Of a stretch of 64,000 nucleotides of DNA, positions 36,065 through 45,378 are shown one piece after another; position 1 is the stretch's first letter, and each line of letters opens with the position of its first letter. The stretch spans positions 260-64,259 of the forward strand of contig DATARS010000117.1 in NCBI GenBank assembly GCA_036269455.1, in the 5' to 3' direction. Made by a program: the position numbers and the translations under genes. The notes beneath the pieces are model-generated. The model searched no databases, was not told where the DNA came from, and saw only the letters and a list, made by a program, of their open reading frames with translations. Origin of the DNA: Candidatus Dormiibacterota bacterium (lineage in GTDB: Bacteria > Chloroflexota > Dormibacteria > Aeolococcales > Aeolococcaceae).

Positions 36065-36934
36065 ATGCCCACCGTCCCCCCCTGCGCCCACGCCATCGTG
36101 GGCGGCTCGGGCACCGCTGCCATCGACTTCCCGGAGGCCCTGGGCGATCCCCGGGTTCGGGTCGTCGGCGACCCCATCGTGGTGGACACCCCCTTCGGCC
36201 AGACCCCCCCGGTGAAGCGGATGGCGCTGGTCCGCGAGGACGGCGGGGTGCGCGAGGCGCTGGTGGCGAGGATGCACGGCTGGCGCCCGGGCGTCGACCG
36301 GCACACCGCCACGCTCGCGCTCTTCTGGCTGCTCCGCGAGGCCGGGGTGCGCCGGATCATCGCCGAGGCGGGGGCCGGGAGCATCCTCCAGAACTTCCGG
36401 CCGCGCGACCTCATCCTGCCCCACGACGTCATCGACCTCACCCCGCAGGTGAGCGGCCGGCTCGACCCCTCGCACGCGGTGGTGATGCGCGCCCCCTTCT
36501 GCCCCGAGATCCGCGGGGCGATGTGGGAGCAGGCGACCCGCTGGGCGACCGACAAGGCGACCCGCGCCTTCGACCGCGCCGTCTACGCGACCAGCCAGGG
36601 GATGCGCTTCGAGACCGCCGCGGAGATCGCCGCCTACGCGCGCCTCGGCGCCGACGTCATCGGCCAGGCGATCTCGCCGGAGGTGTACCTGGCGCGTGAG
36701 ATCGGCGCCTGCTACGCGGCGATCACCATCGTCCTCAACTACGCCGAGGGCGTGCGGCCGAAGTGGGATTACGAGCTGCTCCAGGAGATTCTTCAGGACG
36801 ACGCCCGCACCATGGGCCACCTGCTCGTCGAGGCGCTCAACCGCACCCCCGAGGTGCCGGCCTGCGCCTGCCTCTCGTACCGGAAGTCGGTCATGACGAG
36901 CGATCCCGCGGGGGCGATGACCGACACCGCCTAA
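36065..36934 (+). CDS. mtnP: S-methyl-5'-thioadenosine phosphorylase / purine nucleoside phosphorylase (PNP family 2)
   Basis: AIVGGSGTA..., DVIGQAISPEVYLAREIGACYAAITIVLNYAEG match MTAP-family conserved blocks. Confidence 0.75.
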   Translation: MPTVPPCAHAIVGGSGTAAIDFPEALGDPRVRVVGDPIVVDTPFGQTPPVKRMALVREDGGVREALVARMHGWRPGVDRHTATLALFWLLREAGVRRIIAEAGAGSILQNFRPRDLILPHDVIDLTPQVSGRLDPSHAVVMRAPFCPEIRGAMWEQATRWATDKATRAFDRAVYATSQGMRFETAAEIAAYARLGADVIGQAISPEVYLAREIGACYAAITIVLNYAEGVRPKWDYELLQEILQDDARTMGHLLVEALNRTPEVPACACLSYRKSVMTSDPAGAMTDTA

Positions 36935-37350
36935 ACCGTCGCCCTGCCGAGCAGGAGAGCGGTGAGCAGGAGCACGCCGGCAACGGCCGCGAGGGGGAGT
37001 CCCGCGGCGACGGAGACCGACCACCCCGGCCCGCTGCCCGGACGCTCGCCACCGCTGAAGGGGAAGAGCGCCGCGCCGAGCACGAGCAGGCTGCCCGCGA
37101 GCGCTGTCAGCCCGTCGCCGAGCCCGCGGCGGTCGGGGAGGCCGAGCCGCGCCGCCAGCGCGAGGAGCGCGACGCCGGCGCCGAGGGCGGCGAGGAGGCC
37201 GGCGCCGTGGAGGACGGAGAGGTGGGTGACCCCGGAGGGACCGGCCGCGGGGACGGTCACCGTCTCCCAGGGGAGCAGGCAGGCGACGGGGGCGACAACG
37301 GCTGCCACCAGACCGAGGATCGGTCCGAACCGCGCCGCCCCCCGGCGCAC
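36931..37350 (-). CDS. hypothetical small membrane protein
   Basis: Four hydrophobic helices; shares an LPW-containing N-terminal motif with the next gene (possible paralogs). Confidence 0.45.
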   Translation of the reverse strand: MRRGAARFGPILGLVAAVVAPVACLLPWETVTVPAAGPSGVTHLSVLHGAGLLAALGAGVALLALAARLGLPDRRGLGDGLTALAGSLLVLGAALFPFSGGERPGSGPGWSVSVAAGLPLAAVAGVLLLTALLLGRATV

Positions 37351-37359
37351 CGCCCGCTG

Positions 37360-37797
37360 CTACCGCGAGGAGCGGCGCAGGCTGTGGGTGCGCGGACCCG
37401 TCTGCCGCTCCAGCCGGGCGCCGACCACCATGCCGCCGGTGGCGAGGAGTGCGACGACCACGCCGATGGTGATCGAGTGGAACGCGCCGCTGCCGTTGAC
37501 GCCGATGAGCAGCTGCATGATCACTGCGCCGAGCCCGATGCCGGCGATGGGGAGGAGGTGCCGGTTCTCGAGGGGCAGCTGGGGGATCGAGACCACGCCG
37601 ATGCGCATGGCGATCACCAGCAGAGTCGCGATGGAGGCGAAGAACACGGTGTCGCCGAGGAACCCGGCGCCGAAGGCGTTGACCGTCACATTGCCGCTGG
37701 CGTCATGGAAGTGGTACCAGGGCAGATACGTGGAGATGAGCGCCAGGAGCGCGCTGATCCCGCAGATGCGATCGGCCTGTCCGAGCCTGTCGAGCAT
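37360..37797 (-). CDS. hypothetical small membrane protein
   Basis: Start taken at MLDRLGQADRICGISALLALISTYLPWY; four hydrophobic helices. Confidence 0.45.
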   Translation of the reverse strand: MLDRLGQADRICGISALLALISTYLPWYHFHDASGNVTVNAFGAGFLGDTVFFASIATLLVIAMRIGVVSIPQLPLENRHLLPIAGIGLGAVIMQLLIGVNGSGAFHSITIGVVVALLATGGMVVGARLERQTGPRTHSLRRSSR

Positions 37798-37964
37798 GGC
37801 TCGTCTCCCCTGTGCGGACCCCTGCTGGGATGAGGCGGATGGAGGCGGTCCATCACGCGGTCGGTGGGTGGGTCCTGGGCCGGCATCGTACGGGCACAGA
37901 CGTTCGGCTGTCAAACTGGACTGCGGTTGTGCGCCGGCAAAGACCGCCCGGAGTGACCGGCGGG

Positions 37965-38993
37965 TCAGTCGGCGGAGGGCTCGGGGGCGGCGCCGCCGGG
38001 CGACGGGGTGCCGTTGCCGTTGCCGTTGAGCCCGTCGCGTCCGCGGCGGCGGCGGCCCCGGCGGCGGCGCGGACGGGCGGCCGCCGCGGCCTCCTCGCCC
38101 TCGGCCCCGGCGACGGCGGGGGCGGGGGTGGGCACCCGGGGCCGGCGGCGGCGGTCGGCGGTGGCGGGCGCGGCGGGGCGCACCGGGGGCTGGCCGTCGG
38201 CGAGGAGGTCACCGAGGGTGCGCCAGCCGAAGCGCTCCTTGCCCCGCTGCACCAGCTCGAGGAAGCAGGCGGCGGTGGCCTCAGCGTCTGCGAGGGCGTG
38301 GTGGGGCTGGCGGTGGGTCACCCCGAGCTCGGCGCACAGCCGTTCGAGGCCGATGGTGTCGCGGAGGTCCCAGAGCTTGCCGGCGAGCCGGGAGGTGTCG
38401 ATGTTGTCGGCGTCGAAGTCCTCGCCGGAGGTGCGCCCGATCAGCCGGGTGTCGAAGGCGTCGGCGCTGTGCTCGATGAGCACCGAGCCGGCGGCGAAGC
38501 GCCGGAAGCGGGTGAGCACCGCGTCGGCGGGCGGCGCCCCGGCGAGGCTGGCTCCGGTGATGCCGTGGAGCCGGCGGGCGTAGGGGTTGATCCGGTCGGT
38601 GCAGTGCACCAGGGTCTCGAAGGAGGCGATGTGGCCGGTGAGCGTGAAGGTGACTCCGCCGAGCTCGACCAGGCGGTGGGGCGACTGGCCGGTGGTCTCG
38701 CAGTCGAGCGAGACGAAGCGCAGCTGGTCGAGCGGGGTGTCGTTGGTGGGCCGGGTGAGGACCAGCCCGTCGTCGGGGTCGTCGAGGGCGGCGAACGGCT
38801 CGCCGTTCGCCGGACCCAGCCGGCTGACGAAGCACTCACCCACGGGCGCGCTGCCCCGGCGGCGGCCGTAGCGGCGGCGGCGCTGCGACGCGGCGCCTGC
38901 GCCGTCCGGGGTGGCCGGGGGAGCGGGGTCCGTCGGCTCGGAGCCCGCTGTCCTCGGATCCCCTTGCAACATGGCCTTCATCGTACCCCACAC
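37965..38993 (-). CDS. DEDD-family 3'-5' exonuclease (DnaQ/epsilon-like) with a low-complexity basic C-terminal tail
   Basis: Exo I FVSLDCETTG, Exo II LIEHSADAFD, Exo III HHALADAEATAACF. The C-terminal 90 aa are Arg/Pro/Ala-rich with a GNGNGN repeat. Confidence 0.75.
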   Translation of the reverse strand: MWGTMKAMLQGDPRTAGSEPTDPAPPATPDGAGAASQRRRRYGRRRGSAPVGECFVSRLGPANGEPFAALDDPDDGLVLTRPTNDTPLDQLRFVSLDCETTGQSPHRLVELGGVTFTLTGHIASFETLVHCTDRINPYARRLHGITGASLAGAPPADAVLTRFRRFAAGSVLIEHSADAFDTRLIGRTSGEDFDADNIDTSRLAGKLWDLRDTIGLERLCAELGVTHRQPHHALADAEATAACFLELVQRGKERFGWRTLGDLLADGQPPVRPAAPATADRRRRPRVPTPAPAVAGAEGEEAAAAARPRRRRGRRRRGRDGLNGNGNGTPSPGGAAPEPSAD

Positions 38994-39182
38994 CCCTTTC
39001 GTGGCACGACGCTTCGAACGCGCCGCGCCGGCGGAGAGCGCCGGCGAGCGGGCGGAGGCCGCGTTGCGGGAGACTCTGTGTCGTCGTGCCAGGCGCTCAC
39101 GGCGGCCCGCGGGCCGCGGTTGGGTACCTCACCCCCATCTATACTTGGGCTGTTCACCCCAATAATGGCGATCTCCTCACGG

Positions 39183-39845
39183 ATGCGACCCGCCTACTAC
39201 CCGGCGATGCTCGACCTCGCCGGGCGCGATGCCCTTCTCGTGGGCGGCGGCGAGGTCGCGGCGCAGAAGGCGCGGCCGCTGCTCGAGGCGGGCGTCCGCC
39301 TGCGCATCGTCGCGCCGACCCTCACCGACGCCCTTCGCGCGCGCGTCGACGCCGGCGATGCGAGCTGGGAGGAGCGTGAGGTGCGGCCGGGCGACGTCGC
39401 CGGAGCCGCGGTGGTCGTCTGCGCGACCGACGTCCGCGCCACCAACCGCCGCGTCTTCGAGGAGGCGAGCGCCGCCGGGATCCCCGTCAACGTCGTCGAC
39501 GACCCCGAGCTCTGCTCCTTCATCGTCCCCTCGGTGGTGCGCCGGGGACCGCTCCAGGTGGCGATCAGCACCGGCGGCCGCAGCCCCGCCTTCGCCAAGT
39601 TCATGCGCCTGCGCCTCGAGGAGGCGATCGGAGAGGAGTACGGAGCCCTCGCCGAGCTCGCCGGGCGGATGCGCGACCGGGCCCGCGAGGCGGGGGTCGG
39701 CTACGAGGCGCGCGACCGCATCGCCGCCGACGCCCTGCCCCGGCTGCTCGACCTGCTCCGTGCCGGCCGCGCCGCCGAGGCGCAGGCGCTCGCCGACGAG
39801 CTCGCCCAGGGGAGCGCGCGAGTGGAGGAGGCGGGGACGCCGTGA
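39183..39845 (+). CDS. sirC: precorrin-2 dehydrogenase / sirohydrochlorin ferrochelatase (siroheme synthase N-terminal-domain type)
   Basis: Rossmann motif LLVGGGEVAAQKARPLLEAGVRLRIVAP, and VNVVDDPELCSFIVPSVV. Confidence 0.8.
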   Translation: MRPAYYPAMLDLAGRDALLVGGGEVAAQKARPLLEAGVRLRIVAPTLTDALRARVDAGDASWEEREVRPGDVAGAAVVVCATDVRATNRRVFEEASAAGIPVNVVDDPELCSFIVPSVVRRGPLQVAISTGGRSPAFAKFMRLRLEEAIGEEYGALAELAGRMRDRAREAGVGYEARDRIAADALPRLLDLLRAGRAAEAQALADELAQGSARVEEAGTP

Positions 39846-41128
39846 TCGAGATCGTCGCGGCCGGGCTCAGCTTCCACACCGCGCCGCTGGCGGTGCGCGA
39901 GCGCGCGGCGGTCGCCGACCCGGAGGCCCGCAACCTGCTCCGCTACCTCGTCGGCCACAGCGGCCTGCTCGAGGCGGCGGTGGTCTCGACCTGCAATCGG
40001 ACCGAGTTCTACCTGGTCTCGCCGGACCCGGCGCTCACCGACGAGGTGGTGCCGCGGCTGGTCCGGTACCTCGACCCGGCGGGCGCCGGCGGGCTCGCCG
40101 AGCACCTCGGCGCACGGCGCGGCGCCGAGGCGGTGCAGCACATGTTCCGGGTGGCCGCCGGGCTCGACAGCATGGTCCTCGGCGAGGCCCAGATCCTCGG
40201 GCAGTTCAAGGCCGCGCACCGGCTGGCGCGCAGCGCGGGGACCCTCGACGCCCGCCTCGACTTCGTGATGCGCCGGGCGGTGAGCGTGGCCAAGCGGGTG
40301 CGCACCGAGACCGGGATCGCCCGGAGCACCGGCAGCATCACCGAGCTCGCCCTCGACCACGCCCGCGAGGCCCTCGGCGGGCTCGAGGGGCGGGGCATCC
40401 TGCTCGTCGGCGCCGGGAAGATGAGCACCGCCGCCGCCCGCCGGCTCGCCGCCTGCGGCGCCCGGCTCACCATCGCCTCGCGCAGCGGCGCGACCGCAGA
40501 GGCGCTGGCCCGCGAGGTCGACGGCGAGGCCGCCGGCAGTGACCTCGTCGCCGCGCTGGGGCCGGACATCGACCTGGTGATCTGCTCGACGAGCAGCAGC
40601 CGGCCGGTGCTCACCGCCGCCGACGTCGAGCGCGCCCAGGACGCCCGCCGCGGCCGCCCGCTCTGCATCGTCGACATCGCCGTCCCCCGCGACGTCGAGC
40701 CCGCCGCCGCCACGGTGGCCGGGGTCAGCCTCGTCGACCTCGACGTCCTCGGCGGGCGGGTGGAGAGCAACCTCGAGCGCCGCCGCGCCGAGCTGCCCGC
40801 CGCCGAGCGCATCGTCGCGGTCGAGCTGGCGCGGACCATCGCCGTGGTCGGTGAGCGCGACGCCGCCGGGCCGACCATCGCCGCGCTCGCCCGCCAGGCC
40901 GAGGCGGTGCGGCGCCGCGAGGTCGAGCGCACCGCGGCCCGGCTCGGCCTGGGCGACGGCGAGGGACGCCGGCAGCTCGACGCGCTGACCCGCAGCCTGG
41001 TGCGCAAGCTGCTGCACGCGCCGATCACCCACATCAAGGACAACCTCGACGACCCGGGTGTCGCCCTGGCGCTGCGCGAGGCGTTCGCGCTCGACGATCC
41101 CGAGCCGGTCGCGCGGGGGAGGTCGTGA
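39842..41128 (+). CDS. hemA: glutamyl-tRNA reductase
   Basis: GLSFHTAPLAVRE, catalytic STCNRTEFY, NADPH motif LLVGAGKMS; GTGA overlap with sirC. Confidence 0.92.
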   Translation: MIEIVAAGLSFHTAPLAVRERAAVADPEARNLLRYLVGHSGLLEAAVVSTCNRTEFYLVSPDPALTDEVVPRLVRYLDPAGAGGLAEHLGARRGAEAVQHMFRVAAGLDSMVLGEAQILGQFKAAHRLARSAGTLDARLDFVMRRAVSVAKRVRTETGIARSTGSITELALDHAREALGGLEGRGILLVGAGKMSTAAARRLAACGARLTIASRSGATAEALAREVDGEAAGSDLVAALGPDIDLVICSTSSSRPVLTAADVERAQDARRGRPLCIVDIAVPRDVEPAAATVAGVSLVDLDVLGGRVESNLERRRAELPAAERIVAVELARTIAVVGERDAAGPTIAALARQAEAVRRREVERTAARLGLGDGEGRRQLDALTRSLVRKLLHAPITHIKDNLDDPGVALALREAFALDDPEPVARGRS

Positions 41129-42060
41129 CCGCGCTGCATCCTCCCGGCCCGGCGTCGCCGCCGGTCACGCCGTCGACGCTCCGGCTGGCGACCCGGGGCA
41201 GCGCCCTCGCCCGCGTCCAGACCGAGCTCGCCGCCCGCGCCCTCGCCGGCGCCGGCGCGGGACCCACCGAGATGGTGGTGCTCCGCACCCGCGGCGACGT
41301 CGAGGCCGAGACCCCGGCGTCGCGGATGACCGGCGACGGCTGGTTCACCTCGGAGCTCGAGGCGGCGCTGGTCGAGCGCCGCGCCGACGCCGCGGTGCAC
41401 AGCGCCAAGGACCTGCCCTCGCAGCTGGGCCAGGGCCTGGTGCTCGCCGCCCACCTCGAGCGCGCCGACGCCCGCGACGCCCTGGTCACCCGCGACGGCG
41501 CCGGCCTCGACTCCCTCCCGGCGGGCGCGCGGGTCGCCACCAGCAGCCCGCGGCGCGAGGCCTTCCTCCGCGCGCTGCGTCCCGACCTCGAGGTGGTGCC
41601 GATCCGTGGCAACGTCGACACCCGGCTGCGCCGCCTCGAGGAGGGACGGTGCGACGCCCTGGTGCTCGCCTGCGCCGGCCTCGACCGGCTCGGCCTCGGC
41701 GGGCGGATCGCCGAGCGGCTCGACCCCCGCCGCTTCGTGCCCGCACCGGCCCAGGGCGCCGTCGCCCTGGAGGCGCTCGGCGGCACCGACGCCGCCCGCC
41801 GCTGCTGGCTCGCAAACCACTTCCCGACCTCGGCGGCGGTGGTCGCCGAGCGCTCGGTGCTCGTCGCCCTCGGCGGCGGCTGCCGGCTGCCGCTCGGCGC
41901 CTGGGCCCGGCTCGAGGAGGTCGACGGCGCCGCCGGCTGGCTCCGGCTGGTGCTCCTCGCGGCGCTCGCGACTCCGGACGGGGTGCGCACCGTGGAGCTC
42001 GACGGCGCTCCCGGCGACGCCGAGGCGGTGGGGGCGCGGGTCGCGGAACGGCTCCGCTGA
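41125..42060 (+). CDS. hemC: hydroxymethylbilane synthase (porphobilinogen deaminase)
   Basis: LRLATRGSALARVQTE, HSAKDLP, GGGCRLPLGAWA (cofactor-binding Cys). Confidence 0.92.
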   Translation: MTALHPPGPASPPVTPSTLRLATRGSALARVQTELAARALAGAGAGPTEMVVLRTRGDVEAETPASRMTGDGWFTSELEAALVERRADAAVHSAKDLPSQLGQGLVLAAHLERADARDALVTRDGAGLDSLPAGARVATSSPRREAFLRALRPDLEVVPIRGNVDTRLRRLEEGRCDALVLACAGLDRLGLGGRIAERLDPRRFVPAPAQGAVALEALGGTDAARRCWLANHFPTSAAVVAERSVLVALGGGCRLPLGAWARLEEVDGAAGWLRLVLLAALATPDGVRTVELDGAPGDAEAVGARVAERLR

Positions 42061-43622
42061 TGGGCGGGACGGGGATGGTCCACCTCGTCGGCGCCGGGCC
42101 GGGGGATCCCGAGCTCCTCACCCTGCGCGGCCGCGAGCTGCTCGCCACCTGCGACGCGGTGGTCCTCGACGCCCTCGCCAGCCCGCTGCTGCTCGTCCAC
42201 CTCCGCCCCGGGGCCGAGGTCTTCGAGATGGGCAAACGCGCCGGGCAGCCGTCGGCGACCCAGGACGAGATCGGCGCCCTGCTCGTCCGCCTCGCCCGCG
42301 AGGGACGCCGGGTGGTGCGGCTCAAGGGCGGCGACCCCTTCGTCTTCGGTCGCGGCGGCGAGGAGTGCGAGCTGCTCGAGGCCGAGGGCATCGCCTACGA
42401 GGTGGTCCCCGGGGTCACCAGCGCCATCGCCGCCCCCGCCGCGGCCGGGATCCCCGTCACCCACCGCGATTGGGCGGGGCACGTCACCGTGGTCACCGGG
42501 CACGAGCGCGCCGACGCCGGCGGCTCCCACGTCGACCTCGCCGCCCTCGCCCGGCTGCTCCCCGACGGGACCCTGGTCTTCCTCATGGGGGCGCGCAGCC
42601 TGCCGCGGATCACCGCCGGGCTGATCGCCGCCGGCGCCGACCCCACGACCCCTGCGGCGGCGGTGCAGTGGGGCACCGACCCCCGCCAGCGCAGCTGCTC
42701 GGCGACCCTCGCCGGGATCGCCGACGCCGTCGCCGCCGCCGAGATGGGGGCGCCGATGGTCACCGTGGTGGGGCGCGTGGCCGCGCTCCGCGAGCGGCTG
42801 CAGCGGATCGGACGGCGGCCGCTGAGCGGGCGGCGGATCCTGGTGACCCGGGCGCGCGCCCAGGCGAGCGGCTTCGTCGAGCGGCTGCGCCGGCTCGGCG
42901 CCGAGGCGGTCGAGCTCCCCGTGCTCGCCGTCGAGCCGCTCGGCGAGCGCCGCGACCTCGAGGACGCCGTCCGCCGCCTCGCCGCCGGCGCCGCCGCGCC
43001 GCCGCCGGGAGGCCGTCATGCCGTCTTCACCAGCGCCAACGCGGTGCGGCTGGTCTGGGAGGCGGCGCGCGCCGCCGGTCTCGACGCCCGCTGCTTCGCC
43101 TGGGTGCGGCTGGTGGCGATCGGCCCCGAGACCGCCGCCGCCCTTCTCGAGTGCGGGCTCGCCGCCGACCTGGTCCCCGACGAGTACATCGCCGAGGCGG
43201 TGGCCGAGGCGATGATCGCCGGCGGCGTCGCCGGCGCCTGGGTGTGGCTGCCCCGGGCGGCGGCGGCGCGCGACGTCCTGCCGCTGCGCCTGCGCGAGGC
43301 CGGCGCCGAGGTCGAGGTGCTGCCGATCTACCGCACCGTCCTCCCCGAGGACTCGGCCCGACGGCTGCGCGAGGAGCTCGGGCGCGGGGTCGACGCGGTG
43401 ACCTTCACCAGCAGCAGCACGGTGCACCACTTCCGCGAGGCGTTGGGCGGCGAGCCGTTCCCCGCGGGCGCGGTGGCGGCATGCATCGGCCCGGTCACCG
43501 CCCGCACCGCCCGGGAGGCGGGCTATCCGGTGGCGGTGGTGGCCGCCGAGTACACCACCGCGGGCCTGGCGGCGGCGCTCGCCACCCATTTCACGCTGGG
43601 AACCCCCGCCCCGCTACTCTGA
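42060..43622 (+). CDS. cobA: bifunctional uroporphyrinogen-III C-methyltransferase / uroporphyrinogen-III synthase (CobA-HemD fusion)
   Basis: N-terminal SUMT motifs VHLVGAGPGDPELLT, RLKGGDPFVFGRGGEE; C-terminal HEM4-like repeat (RILVTRARAQA...AVFTSANAV...VTFTSSSTV). Confidence 0.9.
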   Translation: MGGTGMVHLVGAGPGDPELLTLRGRELLATCDAVVLDALASPLLLVHLRPGAEVFEMGKRAGQPSATQDEIGALLVRLAREGRRVVRLKGGDPFVFGRGGEECELLEAEGIAYEVVPGVTSAIAAPAAAGIPVTHRDWAGHVTVVTGHERADAGGSHVDLAALARLLPDGTLVFLMGARSLPRITAGLIAAGADPTTPAAAVQWGTDPRQRSCSATLAGIADAVAAAEMGAPMVTVVGRVAALRERLQRIGRRPLSGRRILVTRARAQASGFVERLRRLGAEAVELPVLAVEPLGERRDLEDAVRRLAAGAAAPPPGGRHAVFTSANAVRLVWEAARAAGLDARCFAWVRLVAIGPETAAALLECGLAADLVPDEYIAEAVAEAMIAGGVAGAWVWLPRAAAARDVLPLRLREAGAEVEVLPIYRTVLPEDSARRLREELGRGVDAVTFTSSSTVHHFREALGGEPFPAGAVAACIGPVTARTAREAGYPVAVVAAEYTTAGLAAALATHFTLGTPAPLL

Positions 43623-43630
43623 CGCCGCCC

Positions 43631-44620
43631 ATGCCCTTTCCCATCGATCGACCGCGCCGGATGCGGCGCACCGCGGCGCTCCGGCGGCTGGTCCGCGAGA
43701 CCCGGCTGCGCCCGGACGACCTCATCCATCCCGCCTTCGTACGCGAGGACCTCGACGCCCCCCGCGAGATCGCGACGATGCCCGGCCAGCATCAGGAGAC
43801 CCACGACAGCCTGATCCGCTCGGTCGAGGACGCGCTCCGCGGCGGCTGCGCCGGGGTGGTGCTCTTCGGGGTCCCCGCGGACAAGGACTCCGAGGGATCC
43901 CAGGCGTGGAACGACCGCGGGGTGGTGCAGACGGCGCTGCGCCGGCTGCGCTCGGAGTTCCGCGACGACTGCGTGCTCATCGCCGACTGCTGCCTGGACG
44001 AGTACACCGACCACGGCCACTGCGGAGTGCTCCTCCCCGACGGCCGCGTCGACAACGACGCCACCCTCGACCTCTACGCGCGCATCGCCATCAGCCAGGC
44101 CGCCGCCGGGGCGGACATCATCGCCCCCAGCGGGATGATGGACGGCCAGGTCGCCGCCATCCGCCAGGCGCTCGACGACAACGGCTTCGCCGAGACCGCG
44201 ATCCTCGCCTACAGCGCCAAGTTCGCCTCGGTGATGTACGGACCCTTCCGCGATGCCGCCGACTGCACGCCGAAGCACGGCGACCGCCGCGGCTACCAGA
44301 TGGACGTCGCCAACCAGCGCGAGGCGGTGCGCGAGACCCTGCTCGACATCGACGAGGGCGCCGACATGGTGATGGTCAAGCCGGCGCTCACCTGCCTCGA
44401 CGTGGTCGCCCGGGTGCGCGACGCCACCGATCTTCCCCTCGCCGCCTACTGCGTCAGCGGCGAGTACGCGATGCTCCGCGCCGGCGCCGCCGCGGGGGCG
44501 TTCGAGGAGCGCGCGGCGGTGCTCGAGGCGCTCACCGCCATCCGCCGCGCCGGCGCCGACATGGTCATCACCTATCACGCGCGCCAGGTGGCGCGCTGGC
44601 TCGCGGAGGACCGAGGATGA
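43631..44620 (+). CDS. hemB: porphobilinogen synthase (delta-aminolevulinate dehydratase)
   Basis: Active-site Lys block VMVKPA; metal site DCCLDEYTDHGHCG (Cys-rich Zn type); YQMD. Confidence 0.92.
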   Translation: MPFPIDRPRRMRRTAALRRLVRETRLRPDDLIHPAFVREDLDAPREIATMPGQHQETHDSLIRSVEDALRGGCAGVVLFGVPADKDSEGSQAWNDRGVVQTALRRLRSEFRDDCVLIADCCLDEYTDHGHCGVLLPDGRVDNDATLDLYARIAISQAAAGADIIAPSGMMDGQVAAIRQALDDNGFAETAILAYSAKFASVMYGPFRDAADCTPKHGDRRGYQMDVANQREAVRETLLDIDEGADMVMVKPALTCLDVVARVRDATDLPLAAYCVSGEYAMLRAGAAAGAFEERAAVLEALTAIRRAGADMVITYHARQVARWLAEDRG

Positions 44621-45378
44621 GCGACGGGACACCCGCGCCCCGCCGGTCGGTGCTCGCCATGGCCATGCTGGCCCTGGTGGTCGCCGGTCTGGTCGTGCTG
44701 GGCGTGGTCTTCAACCGGGTGGCGGGCAAGGGGTCCGAGGCGGGCGTCGCCAGCGCCCCGCCGTCGCCGACCGCGGAGGCCAGCGCCACCCCCTCGCCGA
44801 CGCCGACCGCGACCCCGGCGCCCGCGACCATCGCCTACGCCGACTGCTCGAAGGTGACCTTCGGTCCGGCGCTCGCGCCGCTGAACCCACCGGCCGACGT
44901 CCACAAGTACACCGCCGCGCCGTCGATGCAGATCGACGCCACCAGGCTCTACCAGGCGACGATCACCACCCCGCGAGGGAGGATCGTGCTCTGCCTGCAG
45001 CCGGCGCTCGCCCCCAACACCGTCAGCAACTTCGTTGCCCTGGCGCGCAACCACTTCTACGACGGGCTGACCTTCCACCGTGTCGAGTCTGCATTCGTCA
45101 TCCAGGGCGGCGACCCCAAGGGCGACGGCACCGGCGGCCCCGGCTACTCGTTCAACGACGAGCCGGTGCACAACGTCTATGTCGACGGCGCGGTGGCGAT
45201 GGCCAACTCCGGTCCGAACACCAACGGCTCGCAGTTCTTCATCTGCATCGGCAGCCAGTGCTCGTCGCTGCAGCCCCAGTACAACCTCTTCGGCAAGGTG
45301 GAGAGCGGGCAGGACGTCGCCCTGAAGATCCAGAAGGGTGACGTCATGACGACCGTGGCCGTCGCCGAGCAGCGGTGA
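44617..45378 (+). CDS. membrane-anchored cyclophilin-type peptidyl-prolyl cis-trans isomerase
   Basis: N-terminal TM, then FHRVESAFVIQGGDP...GTGGPGY...MANSGPNTNGSQFFI cyclophilin signature; ATGA overlap with hemB and GTGA with hemL. Confidence 0.85.
   Translation: MSDGTPAPRRSVLAMAMLALVVAGLVVLGVVFNRVAGKGSEAGVASAPPSPTAEASATPSPTPTATPAPATIAYADCSKVTFGPALAPLNPPADVHKYTAAPSMQIDATRLYQATITTPRGRIVLCLQPALAPNTVSNFVALARNHFYDGLTFHRVESAFVIQGGDPKGDGTGGPGYSFNDEPVHNVYVDGAVAMANSGPNTNGSQFFICIGSQCSSLQPQYNLFGKVESGQDVALKIQKGDVMTTVAVAEQR

Noticed and set aside
34937-37024. 695-aa minus-strand ORF spanning the EEP and MTAP genes
   Set aside because: No recognisable domain and extreme Gly/Arg/Asp bias; the plus-strand frames carry EEP and PNP-family motifs.
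41034-43589. 851-aa minus-strand ORF and 41606..44620 plus-strand 1004-aa ORF across hemC and cobA-hemD
   Set aside because: Alternate frames of strongly motif-supported hem genes.
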